A stretch of DNA of 64,000 bases. Source: an uncultured Nitrososphaeraceae archaeon (GTDB taxonomy: Archaea; Thermoproteota; Nitrososphaeria; Nitrososphaerales; Nitrososphaeraceae). The stretch spans positions 11,901 through 75,900 of the forward strand of contig CAWIMJ010000021.1 in the NCBI GenBank assembly GCA_963837175.1. Direction: 5' to 3'. This document shows, piece after piece, positions 11,703-21,625 of this stretch. The notes under the pieces were generated by a model, which made no database searches, was not told the origin of the DNA, and worked only from the letters and a program-made list of their open reading frames with translations. The first letter of the stretch is position 1; the number at the start of each line of letters is the position of its first letter. Made by a program: the position numbers and the translations under genes.

Positions 11703-12479
11703 TTATATACTTACTATTCTATTATTTTTATTAACCACCTTGAAATTTTTGTGAATTAATGAACCATATTGAAGGGCCTTTTTTGGTTTCATTGCAGACT
11801 CTCTTGGAACCCCTAGAGAAAGAGCCAATTCCCTCAGAATATGTTTTCGCATAAAATCGTCAGTACCGGTGATCTTCTGTTCAATGGGTATACCCTTAGC
11901 GAAATTAATGAATTTTTGTGATAAAAAAGGTTGTTTTGTAAGCACTCCAAATTCCGTTGTTATCTTATCTATCTCTTTAATAAGCATACGTTCATTAGCT
12001 ATTCTTTCATCCATAAAGTCTAATAGCCTTTTTTCTCCCTTTTCATAGATTAGTCTGAATTTATTATAACCACAGAATAATTCATCGCAACCATTTGCAG
12101 TTAAAATTAATTGTAGATTATTCTGATTGGCCATTCTTGCGATATAGAAATACGCTAAACAATTTTCAATATGGGAAATGTTCCTACAAGCTATTTTTTG
12201 TTGGACGTATAGTAAATCTTTCTGGAAATATTCTGGCGTTAATACTGATATTATATGAGATAAATTTAATTTTAGAGCAATCTGTTTGGAAAATTCTATA
12301 TCCTGAGATAGTGGAAATCCTACAGTTAATAATGTAAACTTCATTCCAACGTCCTTGCATATTTTTGCAAGTAAAGAACTATCAATCCCTCCCGAAAAAG
12401 CAACAGCTAAAGAAGAGCTATTTTTGTTTATCGTATCTAATACTGCTTCAAAGAGTGCTTTTTTTAGATCAGTAAGCAA
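11703..12479 (-). CDS. Asparagine synthase C-terminal (synthetase) domain protein
   Basis: PP-loop AFSGGIDSS, ANGCDELFCGY, KHILRELA, PKKALQYGS; no glutaminase domain. Confidence 0.88.
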   Translation of the reverse strand: MLTDLKKALFEAVLDTINKNSSSLAVAFSGGIDSSLLAKICKDVGMKFTLLTVGFPLSQDIEFSKQIALKLNLSHIISVLTPEYFQKDLLYVQQKIACRNISHIENCLAYFYIARMANQNNLQLILTANGCDELFCGYNKFRLIYEKGEKRLLDFMDERIANERMLIKEIDKITTEFGVLTKQPFLSQKFINFAKGIPIEQKITGTDDFMRKHILRELALSLGVPRESAMKPKKALQYGSLIHKNFKVVNKNNRIVSI

Positions 12480-12937
12480 TTATATTTATACTCCTAATTT
12501 CTTGGTTAATGAAATATAGCGTTCTGAAAGATACAACTGTTTCCCTTATAACATTAGAATTTGCGAGTTACTAATGAAATTTTTGCTGTTACAATATTTA
12601 TATCTAAAGTTTACAAATATCATTTTTTACAAAAATAAGATTGTTTATCATTAATATGAATTTAAGTAAAAGTCTTCCATACAGACTAACTTACTTGTTA
12701 AAGCTGTTAGTTTAATCTTTTTCCAAATTGTGGCGCAACTACAAATTGTAGCGATCTCATAAGTGAATGTAAAACTAATACATATTATTTTTCGATATTA
12801 TGCTATCTTTTTTCTGTTAGATTGACTTCTGCCTAATGCAATTAGTGACATACATATATTATTTTACTTCCAAAAATATGTATATATATCATTATATTTA
12901 TTGAAGGTGCTATATACGTTATCCACAATTTAGTTTT

Positions 12938-13171
12938 TTAATAAATGAACCCAATAGCGTTGCTAACCTCAAAAATATCTGATGTTATTTATCTTCTACA
13001 TTTTGAAGTATGACACAATATATCTTTACTTTCGTGATTATCAGTAAAAGCAAATGGTCGTTATTGTATATATCGAATTATCTTACTCTTATCTGCTGGA
13101 AATTCCATATCTTTTAAGATTCGTTCCATAGACGCAACTTTTGTAAAATCTTCTGCATTAACCTCCTGCAA
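12938..13171 (-). pseudogene. DUF2795-like protein, degraded
   Basis: LQEVNAEDFTKVASMERILKDMEFPADKSKIIRYIQ*...LQNVEDK*...FEVSNAIG; FPADK motif with internal stops and frameshifts. Confidence 0.65.
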
Positions 13172-13263
13172 GAGAATGAAGCCTGAAATATAACTAATAC
13201 TTCAAAAATAATAAAATAAACGGTTTATAAGTCACAATAGTTACTTTTTATTAGAAATATTCA

Positions 13264-14080
13264 ATGGAAAGAGTAGTCCTTGACAATGATATCAAATACA
13301 TTGATATCAAAGGCAATCTATTTCGAAGCAGAGCAGAATTATCTATCTCAAAGATGCTATCCTTTTTAGGACAAAATTTTGAGTATGATATACCCTTAAA
13401 AATTAATAATGACGACATAGTAAACGTTGATTTTAAAATAGATGACAAATATATTGAGATCATAGATTGCGAAAACGATGTTAATAAATTCCTTCGAATA
13501 CGAAGAGAACTGCCAGAAATCAAAATTATTGCTGTTGGTCACTCAAAATATGCGGGTAGAGTCAATGAACTAGACTCTTTCTTCTTCTTTAATTCCAACT
13601 ACAACCAGACTGGTTCTATATTCATAGAAGATCCCTCTCTTGCTTTTGATTATGCACATATTTTACCATTAGTTGAAAAATGTTCTATACTACATGGACA
13701 CACCTCCACTGTCATGGTCGAAATAATCGGTGACATGAAAAATAATCTTATTATTGATTTTGGTGAAGCCAAGAGAATAATCAAAGAGACATTAAGTATC
13801 CTTGACCATAAATTCTTCATTAATACGAAGTATCTGCAGAAAGAAGATGATGTTTATTATCATATATCCTTTGAAGGACCACGAGGATTTTTCAGTTTAC
13901 AATTGCCGAAGATGACAACTTTCTTGCTGCCAGGTGAAGCTACTGTAGAAAACCTTTCAACTGAAATAATAAAGCTCGCTTGCTCCAAAGATGCCATCAA
14001 CTGTAGATGCTTTGGGCATATATGTTTATGAAGGAGTAAATAAGGGAGCACACATAATAGCTGAAATAAAAAAAGGTTAG
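13264..14080 (+). CDS. queD: 6-carboxytetrahydropterin synthase with N-terminal PD-(D/E)XK-like domain (one frameshift near 13980)
   Basis: FDYAH, CSILHGH, IIDFG, LDHKF, ATVENL; shifted frame continues APKMPSTVDALGIYVYEGVNKGAHIIAEIKKG* ending immediately before the queC ATG. Confidence 0.9.
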
Positions 14081-14746
14081 ATGATGAAGAGAACTACTGC
14101 CCTTGTGATGCTATCTGGCGGATTGGATTCGGCCACTTGTCTTTACTGGGCTAAAAAAAATTTTTCAGAAATTTCTGTTATTACATTTAATTATTACAAT
14201 AGGCTTGAAAACGAAAAAAGGGCTGCAGTGGAATTAGCAAGAAGAGTGAATATTGTAAACTTCCTTGAGATCAACATTCCCTTTATTAAAGAATTTTCTG
14301 ATTTTAATAATAGTAATCATCCCACTCCAGGGTATGACGGAAGGTGGGCATCATATGTTCCTGCAAGAAATCTGATATTTTATTCAATAGCGGCACACTA
14401 TGCCGAATTTCTTAATATAAAATGGATTATAGGAGGCCATAATGTTCATGATGGGACATTTTTTATTGATGCAACAAAAGATTATATAGAAAAACTAAAC
14501 TTGCTAATTAAACGCGGATGTTTGTTCAGTAACGACGATCCTTGCATGATACTCGTTCCTTTAGTTGAAATGGATAGAAAAACCATCATCAATTTGGCAA
14601 TTGAGCTAAATGTACCTATTGAATTGACATGGAGCTGCCATAATAAATCCGAAACACATTGCGGACAGTGTTATGCATGTCTACAGAGGATAGAAGCGTT
14701 CCGTTCATTAGGTATAAAAGATCCAGCATTTTTCAACAATGGATGA
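14081..14746 (+). CDS. queC: 7-cyano-7-deazaguanine synthase
   Basis: SGGLDS, YVPARNLIF, TWSC...HCGQCYAC..R. Confidence 0.95.
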   Translation: MMKRTTALVMLSGGLDSATCLYWAKKNFSEISVITFNYYNRLENEKRAAVELARRVNIVNFLEINIPFIKEFSDFNNSNHPTPGYDGRWASYVPARNLIFYSIAAHYAEFLNIKWIIGGHNVHDGTFFIDATKDYIEKLNLLIKRGCLFSNDDPCMILVPLVEMDRKTIINLAIELNVPIELTWSCHNKSETHCGQCYACLQRIEAFRSLGIKDPAFFNNG

Positions 14747-14956
14747 CTATTCTCTATGAAAAAGGATCGCAATTTATCACATTCCATTGTATGTGTGTAA
14801 AGATATGTGAAAATTAGTCATAGAATCTATTGTATAGAAAGATATTTGGAAACTCATATGTCAGGTTTATCCATTAAAATAGACTATTATTACTCTTGAA
14901 ATCTGTTTATCATTTATTTGATTGCTCGGTAATTGTTCTAAATCTCTGGTTGATTA

Positions 14957-15214
14957 TTATTCCGGTAGTGGTATCGAAGATGATGTCCTAATAGCTGAGG
15001 CTGCTGCTATAATCTCATTTGTCAGTTTTGTTGTTAACTCAGTGTAAAGCTTTTCAGCCTCTTCTAATATAAAAGTAGCATAGATATCATCACTAACGTA
15101 GCCAAATGATTGTTCCGATGTAGGAAGTTTCTGTGCTACAATAGCTGATGTTTGCTGTCCACTGGCTAAAAGTTTAGCGTCTTTCATGTTCTTGTTTTCG
15201 AATCGTTTTGCCAC
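14957..15214 (-). pseudogene. C-terminal remnant of Nitrososphaera HTH/coiled-coil family
   Basis: ILEEAEKLYTELTTKLTNEIIAAA..SSSIPLP resembles the C-terminus of that family; N-terminal part absent. Confidence 0.5.
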
Positions 15215-15226
15215 TTGTGCTTATCG

Positions 15227-15690
15227 TCATGCATCACTTCGACTTTCAGCCTTGACTTCTAGCTCCACTGACTTTTCTTTCTCATGTGGTAAATTCTCCA
15301 ACTCACATCTACCTCTTGCTACTTCTAGATGAAAGCCATCAGAGGGCACATCGACCTTATTGTCGACTATGGGTATTATTTTGCTAAAGTCAATTCGTGG
15401 TGTACTGGGATCTAATAATTGGATGAGATCGGAGATCTTAATGATATTACTGCTGTCAAGGGTCCAGAAGGTCCGGAAGCTGGGAACTATTATTTGCTGC
15501 TTATCAATAAATGAGCGTCCTATATCAAAAACAAGACGTAATAGTGTAGGCACATTATCTGAGGGGAAATTTTTGATTCCGATTCCTGGTGTCTTATCTA
15601 TAACATCATTTACAAAGTCTATTATATCTTGATTATTAGTCTTCTGAGCGATATAGACAAGAAACTGTTGCGTATAGTAATTTTGATGAC
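15227..15690 (-). pseudogene. Hypothetical protein fragment without a clear start
   Basis: Frame of the 15227..15553 ORF stays open upstream to about 15695 (HQNYYTQQFLVYIAQKTNNQDIIDFV...) without ATG. Confidence 0.35.
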
Positions 15691-15979
15691 ATTCCGACTA
15701 GGTATAAACACTTAGTCTAGTTAATTGAGACATGGGCATAATTCAATTCTACACTTTAGTTCCTTCTTCTTCAAGCAATACTGTACACCACGTTCCGTCT
15801 TCTTCTTCCATCTGTATATACACAGTAATAAGAGAAAAGAGAATTTAAGGTTTCATATACGGTCTCTTATTTTTAGAACTTCTACAATCAAAAATTTGAT
15901 AAAGAAAAAGTAATCTTTGTCTTTAGATTAATGCTACTAGTCTATGAAACTAAATTCATATGTATGATATTACAACATA

Positions 15980-16585
15980 TCAGTATTGTATTTTAGTACG
16001 GCATTCAGCTGGTTTTATTCCATCATACTTACTCTCAATAATTTCATGAATTCCTTCACGCATAAACTCATTTGAATTTAATGATATTTGCTTTCCTTCT
16101 TCTGGTGTTATGTATGTGTTTGGCTGTAATCCAATGCTACCTGCTACAGTTTTGCTGGATTGATTGACATCTTCTAATGTTAAATCATTTACAATTCTTT
16201 GGAATTCAGATTTTGATATAGTTGCCTTTACTATTCGTTTATCAACATTACTATTATCGCTTATCGGCTCATCTGATATTATGTTAATATTATACTTGTC
16301 TGTAAAGTCTGAACTCTCGGCTTGAGTTCCGCTAAAGATAACTGGTAATGTTGCTTGTTCTGTCTCTATAGCGTCAAGCTGTAATCTTAAAATCTCTATC
16401 TCATTCTCAGCTGCAAGGTTTTGATACTTAACATTTGCTGAATCAAGTAATTCATAGCACTTACCACCAATGTTGACATTTACATGCTTTTCAGGATAAA
16501 AGCTGTAAGCCATAAGTCCACTCACCATACCTCCAATTATAACAACAACAATAGCAGGTATTGCGAATTTATAGTAGTCTACCAT
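15980..16585 (-). CDS. Membrane-anchored hypothetical protein
   Basis: N-terminal TM helix, two Cys, 201 aa; co-oriented with 16634..16945. Confidence 0.75.
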   Translation of the reverse strand: MVDYYKFAIPAIVVVIIGGMVSGLMAYSFYPEKHVNVNIGGKCYELLDSANVKYQNLAAENEIEILRLQLDAIETEQATLPVIFSGTQAESSDFTDKYNINIISDEPISDNSNVDKRIVKATISKSEFQRIVNDLTLEDVNQSSKTVAGSIGLQPNTYITPEEGKQISLNSNEFMREGIHEIIESKYDGIKPAECRTKIQY

Positions 16586-16633
16586 TAATTTTTTGCACCG
16601 TCTTGTCTTACTGTATAATAAATACTTCTCTAG

Positions 16634-16945
16634 TTAGTTATAATCAACGTAATATCTATGGCGTCTTTCTACTTCTTTGTTATTACCAGCAAGTACTATC
16701 GAGATTTCTTGACGCAAACCTTTTTTGGCATATTCTCTAAATATATCTGACTCTTGGTTTTGGGGATAGTAAGATGATAATATGTTTTCTAGATTCTTCA
16801 TGAATTCTACTACTTTATTACGATATTCTTCTTTGGAAGGCTTCTTATTGTTTGTCGTTTTAAACCAGCTGGTTGTACACGGGGCAGCGAACGTCCTTGC
16901 AAGTTCCTCAATTACACGGTCTATTTCAAAATAGTCCATTTTCAT
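16634..16945 (-). CDS. Hypothetical protein
   Basis: 103-aa ORF divergent from the Lrp-GAF regulator. Confidence 0.75.
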   Translation of the reverse strand: MKMDYFEIDRVIEELARTFAAPCTTSWFKTTNNKKPSKEEYRNKVVEFMKNLENILSSYYPQNQESDIFREYAKKGLRQEISIVLAGNNKEVERRHRYYVDYN

Positions 16946-16970
16946 AATATATTATAGGCAATAGTGACTG

Positions 16971-17092
16971 ATATTCTGGCCGGAAATAAATTGAGCCACA
17001 AAATTTCCGGATCGGAAATCACATTCCCTTGTAGTTAAAAAATCATATAGTTAAAAAGAGCTAGGTATATTAACAATTTCCGATTGGGAAAT
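16971..17092. promoter_or_regulatory. Three 17-bp palindromic operator-like sites (ATTTCC-N5-GGAAAT)
   Basis: ATATTCTGGCCGGAAAT 16971-16987; ATTTCCGGATCGGAAAT 17003-17019; ATTTCCGATTGGGAAAT 17076-17092. Confidence 0.7.
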
Positions 17093-17109
17093 GAATAATA
17101 ATCTCGTTT

Positions 17110-18132
17110 TTGAATTATGTATCTATCTTGCTTGATGAAATTGATAAGCTTATTCTTTCTTATCTAGGCAAGAATGCACGTATATCATCGTCTGAAATTG
17201 CTAATAACCTACAAGATATTGGATATGGAATAACAGAAAGAGCAATAAGGTACAGACTTGGCAGATTAGAAAAAAACAATATCATACTTGGTTATTCGGC
17301 AATTCTCAATCCTGGTCTTATTATTTCAGAAAAAATAAACCGTACAATTATTCTTAAGTTTAAATTTTCTAAAGATATTCAGGTTCTGATCGATAGGCTA
17401 AGAAACTATGTTGAAGAAGCACCATTCTGTGTTTATTCTGCTAGGCTAACTGGTGGCGGAGATTTTGATTGGATATGCCATTTTGTATTCGATTCAATTG
17501 AACAATATGAATTAGAAAGTAATAACTTTTTGAACAGGTTTGTAGAATTAATAGCAGATTATCGTTCATATGAGTCAAAGCCTGTAAAAGCATCTCCCTA
17601 TGTAGTCTTTGACGAATATGGGTTAAAGGAACAGAAATTCTACGTCTATAAGATTCTGAATTCTCTGAAAAAATACGATAATCTAAACGATAAGCTTCAG
17701 GTTATTGTCGAAAGCTTGGTAAAATATTTTAATGCAAAATTCGCTCGAGTATGGTTAGTTGACAAACGAAGGCAAAATCTAATTCTAAGATACAGTGCTG
17801 GTAAGTACAAGAATATTGATGGTGAATTTTCTAGGATATCCATAGATAGTCTTAAAATAGGACCAATAGTTAAAACGAAGAAACCTGCAATTACAAATGA
17901 TGTAGTAAACAATCCTAGGATAAAATACCCTGAGTGGGCAAAAAAAGAGAATTTGAAATCTTTTGCAGGCTATCCATTAATATACAAAGGTGAATCAGTT
18001 GGAGTTCTTGGAATGTTTAGTGAAAAGAGACTGCGTCCAGCCGATTTTGAGATACTCGGGATATTTTGCGATCATCTTTCAAAAGAACTTGCAGGATTTT
18101 TTGACGCTCTAGACTTCTTATCTATAAAATGA
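17110..18132 (+). CDS. Lrp/AsnC family regulator fused to a C-terminal GAF domain
   Basis: LDEIDKLIL..L.KNARISSSEIA HTH; RAM-like middle; GAF motif WAKKENLKSFAGYPLIYKGESVGVLGMFS. Confidence 0.88.
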   Translation: MNYVSILLDEIDKLILSYLGKNARISSSEIANNLQDIGYGITERAIRYRLGRLEKNNIILGYSAILNPGLIISEKINRTIILKFKFSKDIQVLIDRLRNYVEEAPFCVYSARLTGGGDFDWICHFVFDSIEQYELESNNFLNRFVELIADYRSYESKPVKASPYVVFDEYGLKEQKFYVYKILNSLKKYDNLNDKLQVIVESLVKYFNAKFARVWLVDKRRQNLILRYSAGKYKNIDGEFSRISIDSLKIGPIVKTKKPAITNDVVNNPRIKYPEWAKKENLKSFAGYPLIYKGESVGVLGMFSEKRLRPADFEILGIFCDHLSKELAGFFDALDFLSIK

Positions 18133-18472
18133 TAATAAAATAAATTTATTTTATCAGCTTGTTGCAACTAATTACTAAGAATTTAAATAAAAAGACTCAT
18201 AATTGTAAGTGATGCATATGCTTTATTTTAAGCAATAAATCATCTTCCTCTATTAATAATAACTCAGACCAAAACAGTTGAAGTTACTCTTATTCATACA
18301 TGGCAACAAGAAAAGAATCACAATTAAAAAATAGATAAACAAAATATATAATGCATAAATTAGTAAATATTTTTCGAACCTTTTATGTAATCTGGATATC
18401 AAACCTAATCGAAATAAGGTCTAACTAAGAGTTGAATATTACCTATGATATAGATTTTTAATTGTTGCATGG

Positions 18473-18590
18473 CAACTATACTAACTAACAAAAGTTCGTT
18501 TACAGATTTTTCTTAATATGTAAGGTTTACTATGCTTAAAAAATCCTTTTACTTGGTTTTAAAAGATATGCGAAATTATGTTAGACAGTA
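18473..18590 (-). repeat. Dispersed ~118-bp non-coding repeat, copy 1
   Basis: Reverse complement of 50143..50260 with only about 4 mismatches. Confidence 0.85.
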
Positions 18591-18691
18591 TACTTCTGGA
18601 AGCACTGTAAAAAGTTGTTCAATGGTAAGACTTTCAACTGTAATATTGATACCGCATTCGATACTCTCCAATCCATTTATTATTGCTATTG

Positions 18692-19166
18692 TTACTCTAA
18701 CTCTGCCATTATTCTCTTTATCAAATAATCTATTGCAATAGGCTTTTTTATAAAACATCCTATACTTATGGTTGGATATAATTCTCTTACAGCTTCATGA
18801 TTCACTTCTCCGGCAGACATAAAGCAAATCTTGACATTAAGATCTACTTTTAATATCTCTGTACATAATTCAAAGCCATTCATATCTGGCATATTAATAT
18901 CAATTAGCAATAAATCATAGAAACTTGGCTTGAATTGTGATAATACTGATAGAGGATCATTAAACGTATGTACTTCAAGTTTACTGTTACTACTATTATT
19001 TTCCTCTTCTAAAGCTAATTTGAAGCTTAAAGTAATATCAGGATCATCATCTACAATTAGAATCCTTTTGAGAAATAATGGTTCTTCTTTTTTATCAGTA
19101 AAAGCAATAGTTTGATGCTGATTGTTGATATGATGATTACCGTCTTTTATTTTTGTTACCGTTCAT
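18692..19166 (-). CDS. Stand-alone response regulator receiver protein (apparent one-base frameshift near the start)
   Basis: RILIVDDDPDI...DLLLIDINMPDMNGFEL...FMSA...FIKKP; ATG at 19166 joins the frame if one A is removed from an A-run near 19145. Confidence 0.85.
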
Positions 19167-19426
19167 TAGTTTATGCGAGTTAGAAACTAATAAGGTTTGA
19201 TTATTAAATTAGTCTAATATTAACCAGAAGCATGTAAATATTATTTAGAAAACATGGTCTTGCTAAATAAAACACACATAATTAATTTTAATGTAAATCT
19301 ATTAAAACCTTCTGAAAATGTTATAAATTGTATATTAATCCTGTTTAAGCCATCTGAAAATTAAGAAGCATTCTCAACATTACTTGGCATCTGATTGTCG
19401 TGTCGTAGATATATATGACTATGAAA

Positions 19427-19780
19427 TCAATCAGCAATATGGCATTTACTATAATGATAAACTTCTGACTAGTCTATTTGAATATATCACTTTGATTATG
19501 TGGCTTTGGGAATTTCGATGAAGACTGCAGCGATGATAGCGTGTGATTGGAGAAAGTGGCGGCAGTATCTATAGCATTATTGTCGATGCTTCAACAAGGT
19601 TTTCGTAATTCTTTTCGGCCAAGTCTAATATGTTATCCTTATCGTATTCAAGGTATCTGGTAACGTTATCGTTGTTATTATCTTGGTGTCCCTCACGCTC
19701 ATTTGCAGTCAGGGAATTAAAACTGGACATATAATAGCAAAGTTGTCATAAAACATAACTTTGGCTTGCGGTAAGCCTAA
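19427..19780 (-). pseudogene. C-terminal remnant of Nitrososphaera HTH/coiled-coil family
   Basis: DNNNDNVTRYLEYDKDNILDLAEKNYENLVEA../NNAIDTAATFSNHTLSSLQSSSKFPKPHNQSD...HIAD*, with frameshifts and stops; 5' boundary approximate. Confidence 0.6.
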
Positions 19781-19858
19781 ATCAATCTAAGACAATACAA
19801 TGTTTAACATGATAATACCTGAATTGAACGGGAAGTCAAAAGAAGGCGAAAACGGTCT

Positions 19859-20623
19859 ATGACATTAGAGAATGATAATAAACTGAAAAGAAGAATGCCT
19901 ACAATGATATCAGCAGCAAAGGCCATAATAATTCTGTCCCTTGCTCTACTTTTTACATATATGGCTTTTGTTAACTTATCACAACCTTCTTTCGCACAAA
20001 CAACAAATACAAATCAGACATCATCATCATCAGCAGCACAATCACAACCAAAAACATTAACGACACCCTGTAAATTAACAGAGTCGACGGCGCAAGGTCC
20101 AGAATATAAAGAAGGACCGCCATTTAGACAGGGTCAGGATTTTGCTAAAGGATTACAAGGACCACGATTAGAGCTAAGTGGAAAGGTATTGAATACGGCT
20201 ACATGTAAACCAGTGCAAGGAGCTGTATTAGATTTATGGCAAACGAATTCAAGCGGAGATTACGACTATAAAGGATTCAACCTTAGAGGTAAGATCGTAA
20301 CTGATAAAGATGGTAAATACCTATTGGATACTATTTATCCTGCAAGATTACATGGAGAAGGTAATATAACTCGTCCTAGTCACATACATGTATTGGTTGG
20401 AGTTCCAGGGCAACCCACAATTACTACACAAGTATATTTTGAAGGGCAACCGAGGGATTTTGCTGTAAAAGATTCATTAATAACGAAACCAGTTACTGAT
20501 GCCAATGGGACTAAAAGCGCGAATTTTGATTTTGTGATAGAAGATTATAGAGGATTTGATATCAGCAAGGGAATAATCGGCAATCCTACAATAGGTGCTA
20601 TAGGACAGGGCATCAATAAATAA
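19859..20623 (+). CDS. Secreted intradiol ring-cleavage dioxygenase family protein
   Basis: Signal peptide; QGPEY, CKPVQGAVLDLWQTNSSGDY, LRG, TIYP, RPSHIH, TTQVYF. Confidence 0.85.
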   Translation: MTLENDNKLKRRMPTMISAAKAIIILSLALLFTYMAFVNLSQPSFAQTTNTNQTSSSSAAQSQPKTLTTPCKLTESTAQGPEYKEGPPFRQGQDFAKGLQGPRLELSGKVLNTATCKPVQGAVLDLWQTNSSGDYDYKGFNLRGKIVTDKDGKYLLDTIYPARLHGEGNITRPSHIHVLVGVPGQPTITTQVYFEGQPRDFAVKDSLITKPVTDANGTKSANFDFVIEDYRGFDISKGIIGNPTIGAIGQGINK

Positions 20624-20776
20624 ATAATTTTTTATTACTTTTTTACTTTTCGTTTGTAACCTTGCCTATATTCTTGTATATTTGAAATCCTTGATTATTC
20701 TTCTGATACATTGGTTAGTCATTGAAAATAATAGTTTGTCAACGATCCATTTTGTTGTTTAACATTTGCTTCTGGC

Positions 20777-21366
20777 TTGTCTGTACGACATTTCTTTCTA
20801 CTATGGCTAGTAATGTTATTTTTTATACGTATAATCATGATATCATCGTTTCCTTCTTCTTTTATTACGTCAGCGACACCAATACCGTTGACAGCAGCAT
20901 CAACAGCAGAAGAAATTATGGACGATTCATACTACAGTGATTATGAAACATATAATCCGGAAGAAGATGACAAGCTTTTAGATTGTATGCCCGGCACAGT
21001 CGCAACCTTCAGCTGTCCTTGGTACATCCTACACTATGAGAATTTGCTTGACGAAGATAACTATAGCGACGTAATCGAATTCATTGAAGGCGTAACCAAA
21101 GAAATGTGTCATGAGTTTGATTTAGGTGATATTAACATTGGTCCGAACTCTGTCATTTGAAGTGGACAATTTTATGCCGCATTATGCGAGACTATCAGCG
21201 TTTCGGTGATAACATAAATGATGAGATTAAATGCAGAGTATTTGAAAAATTCCTACATTTCGAGAAGTTTGTACGTAAAGTAATTGATAATGAAGAAGAA
21301 CAAGAAACGAAGCTATGGCAAGATGAACCGTGTGAGATAGATGCGATAGATAGGTACTGCAACTGA
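20777..21366 (+). CDS. Putative secreted acidic Cys-containing protein(s) (two abutting ORFs, perhaps one frameshifted gene)
   Basis: Signal-like N-terminus, acidic body; ORFs 20777..21160 and 21157..21366 overlap by 4 bp. Confidence 0.5.
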
Positions 21367-21505
21367 GATCACTGCGGTGATTCGTCTATCAACTAGATTA
21401 ATCATCGAATATTGATATTTGCCAAATTTCTATATTTATAAGAGCTGCTAAGAAAATTGCAAATATTACTAAACTTCTATATATTATATTTTAGAAGCTT
21501 ATTTA

Positions 21506-21625
21506 ATGTCATCAGAATCAGACCCTGTGAGTGAGCCCGTCAACCACAAATGTGAGGACTGTGGAAAAGTTTTTCCCACTGCAGAAGAACTTACGATACA
21601 TTATAGAAAGGATCATACAGAGTAA
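21506..21625 (+). CDS. C2H2 zinc-finger microprotein (39 aa)
   Basis: Manual translation MSSESDPVSEPVNHKCEDCGKVFPTAEELTIHYRKDHTE*; canonical C-x2-C-x3-F-x5-L-x2-H-x4-H. Confidence 0.85.
   Translation: MSSESDPVSEPVNHKCEDCGKVFPTAEELTIHYRKDHTE

Noticed and set aside
13264-14746. queD-queC as a Dpd or Qat-type defence system
   Set aside because: No dpdA/tgt-like, ATPase or TatD genes nearby; archaeosine precursor synthesis explains the pair
18532-19115. Short ORFs 18532..18741, 18576..18758 and 18930..19115
   Set aside because: Shadows of the response regulator or overlapping the non-coding repeat
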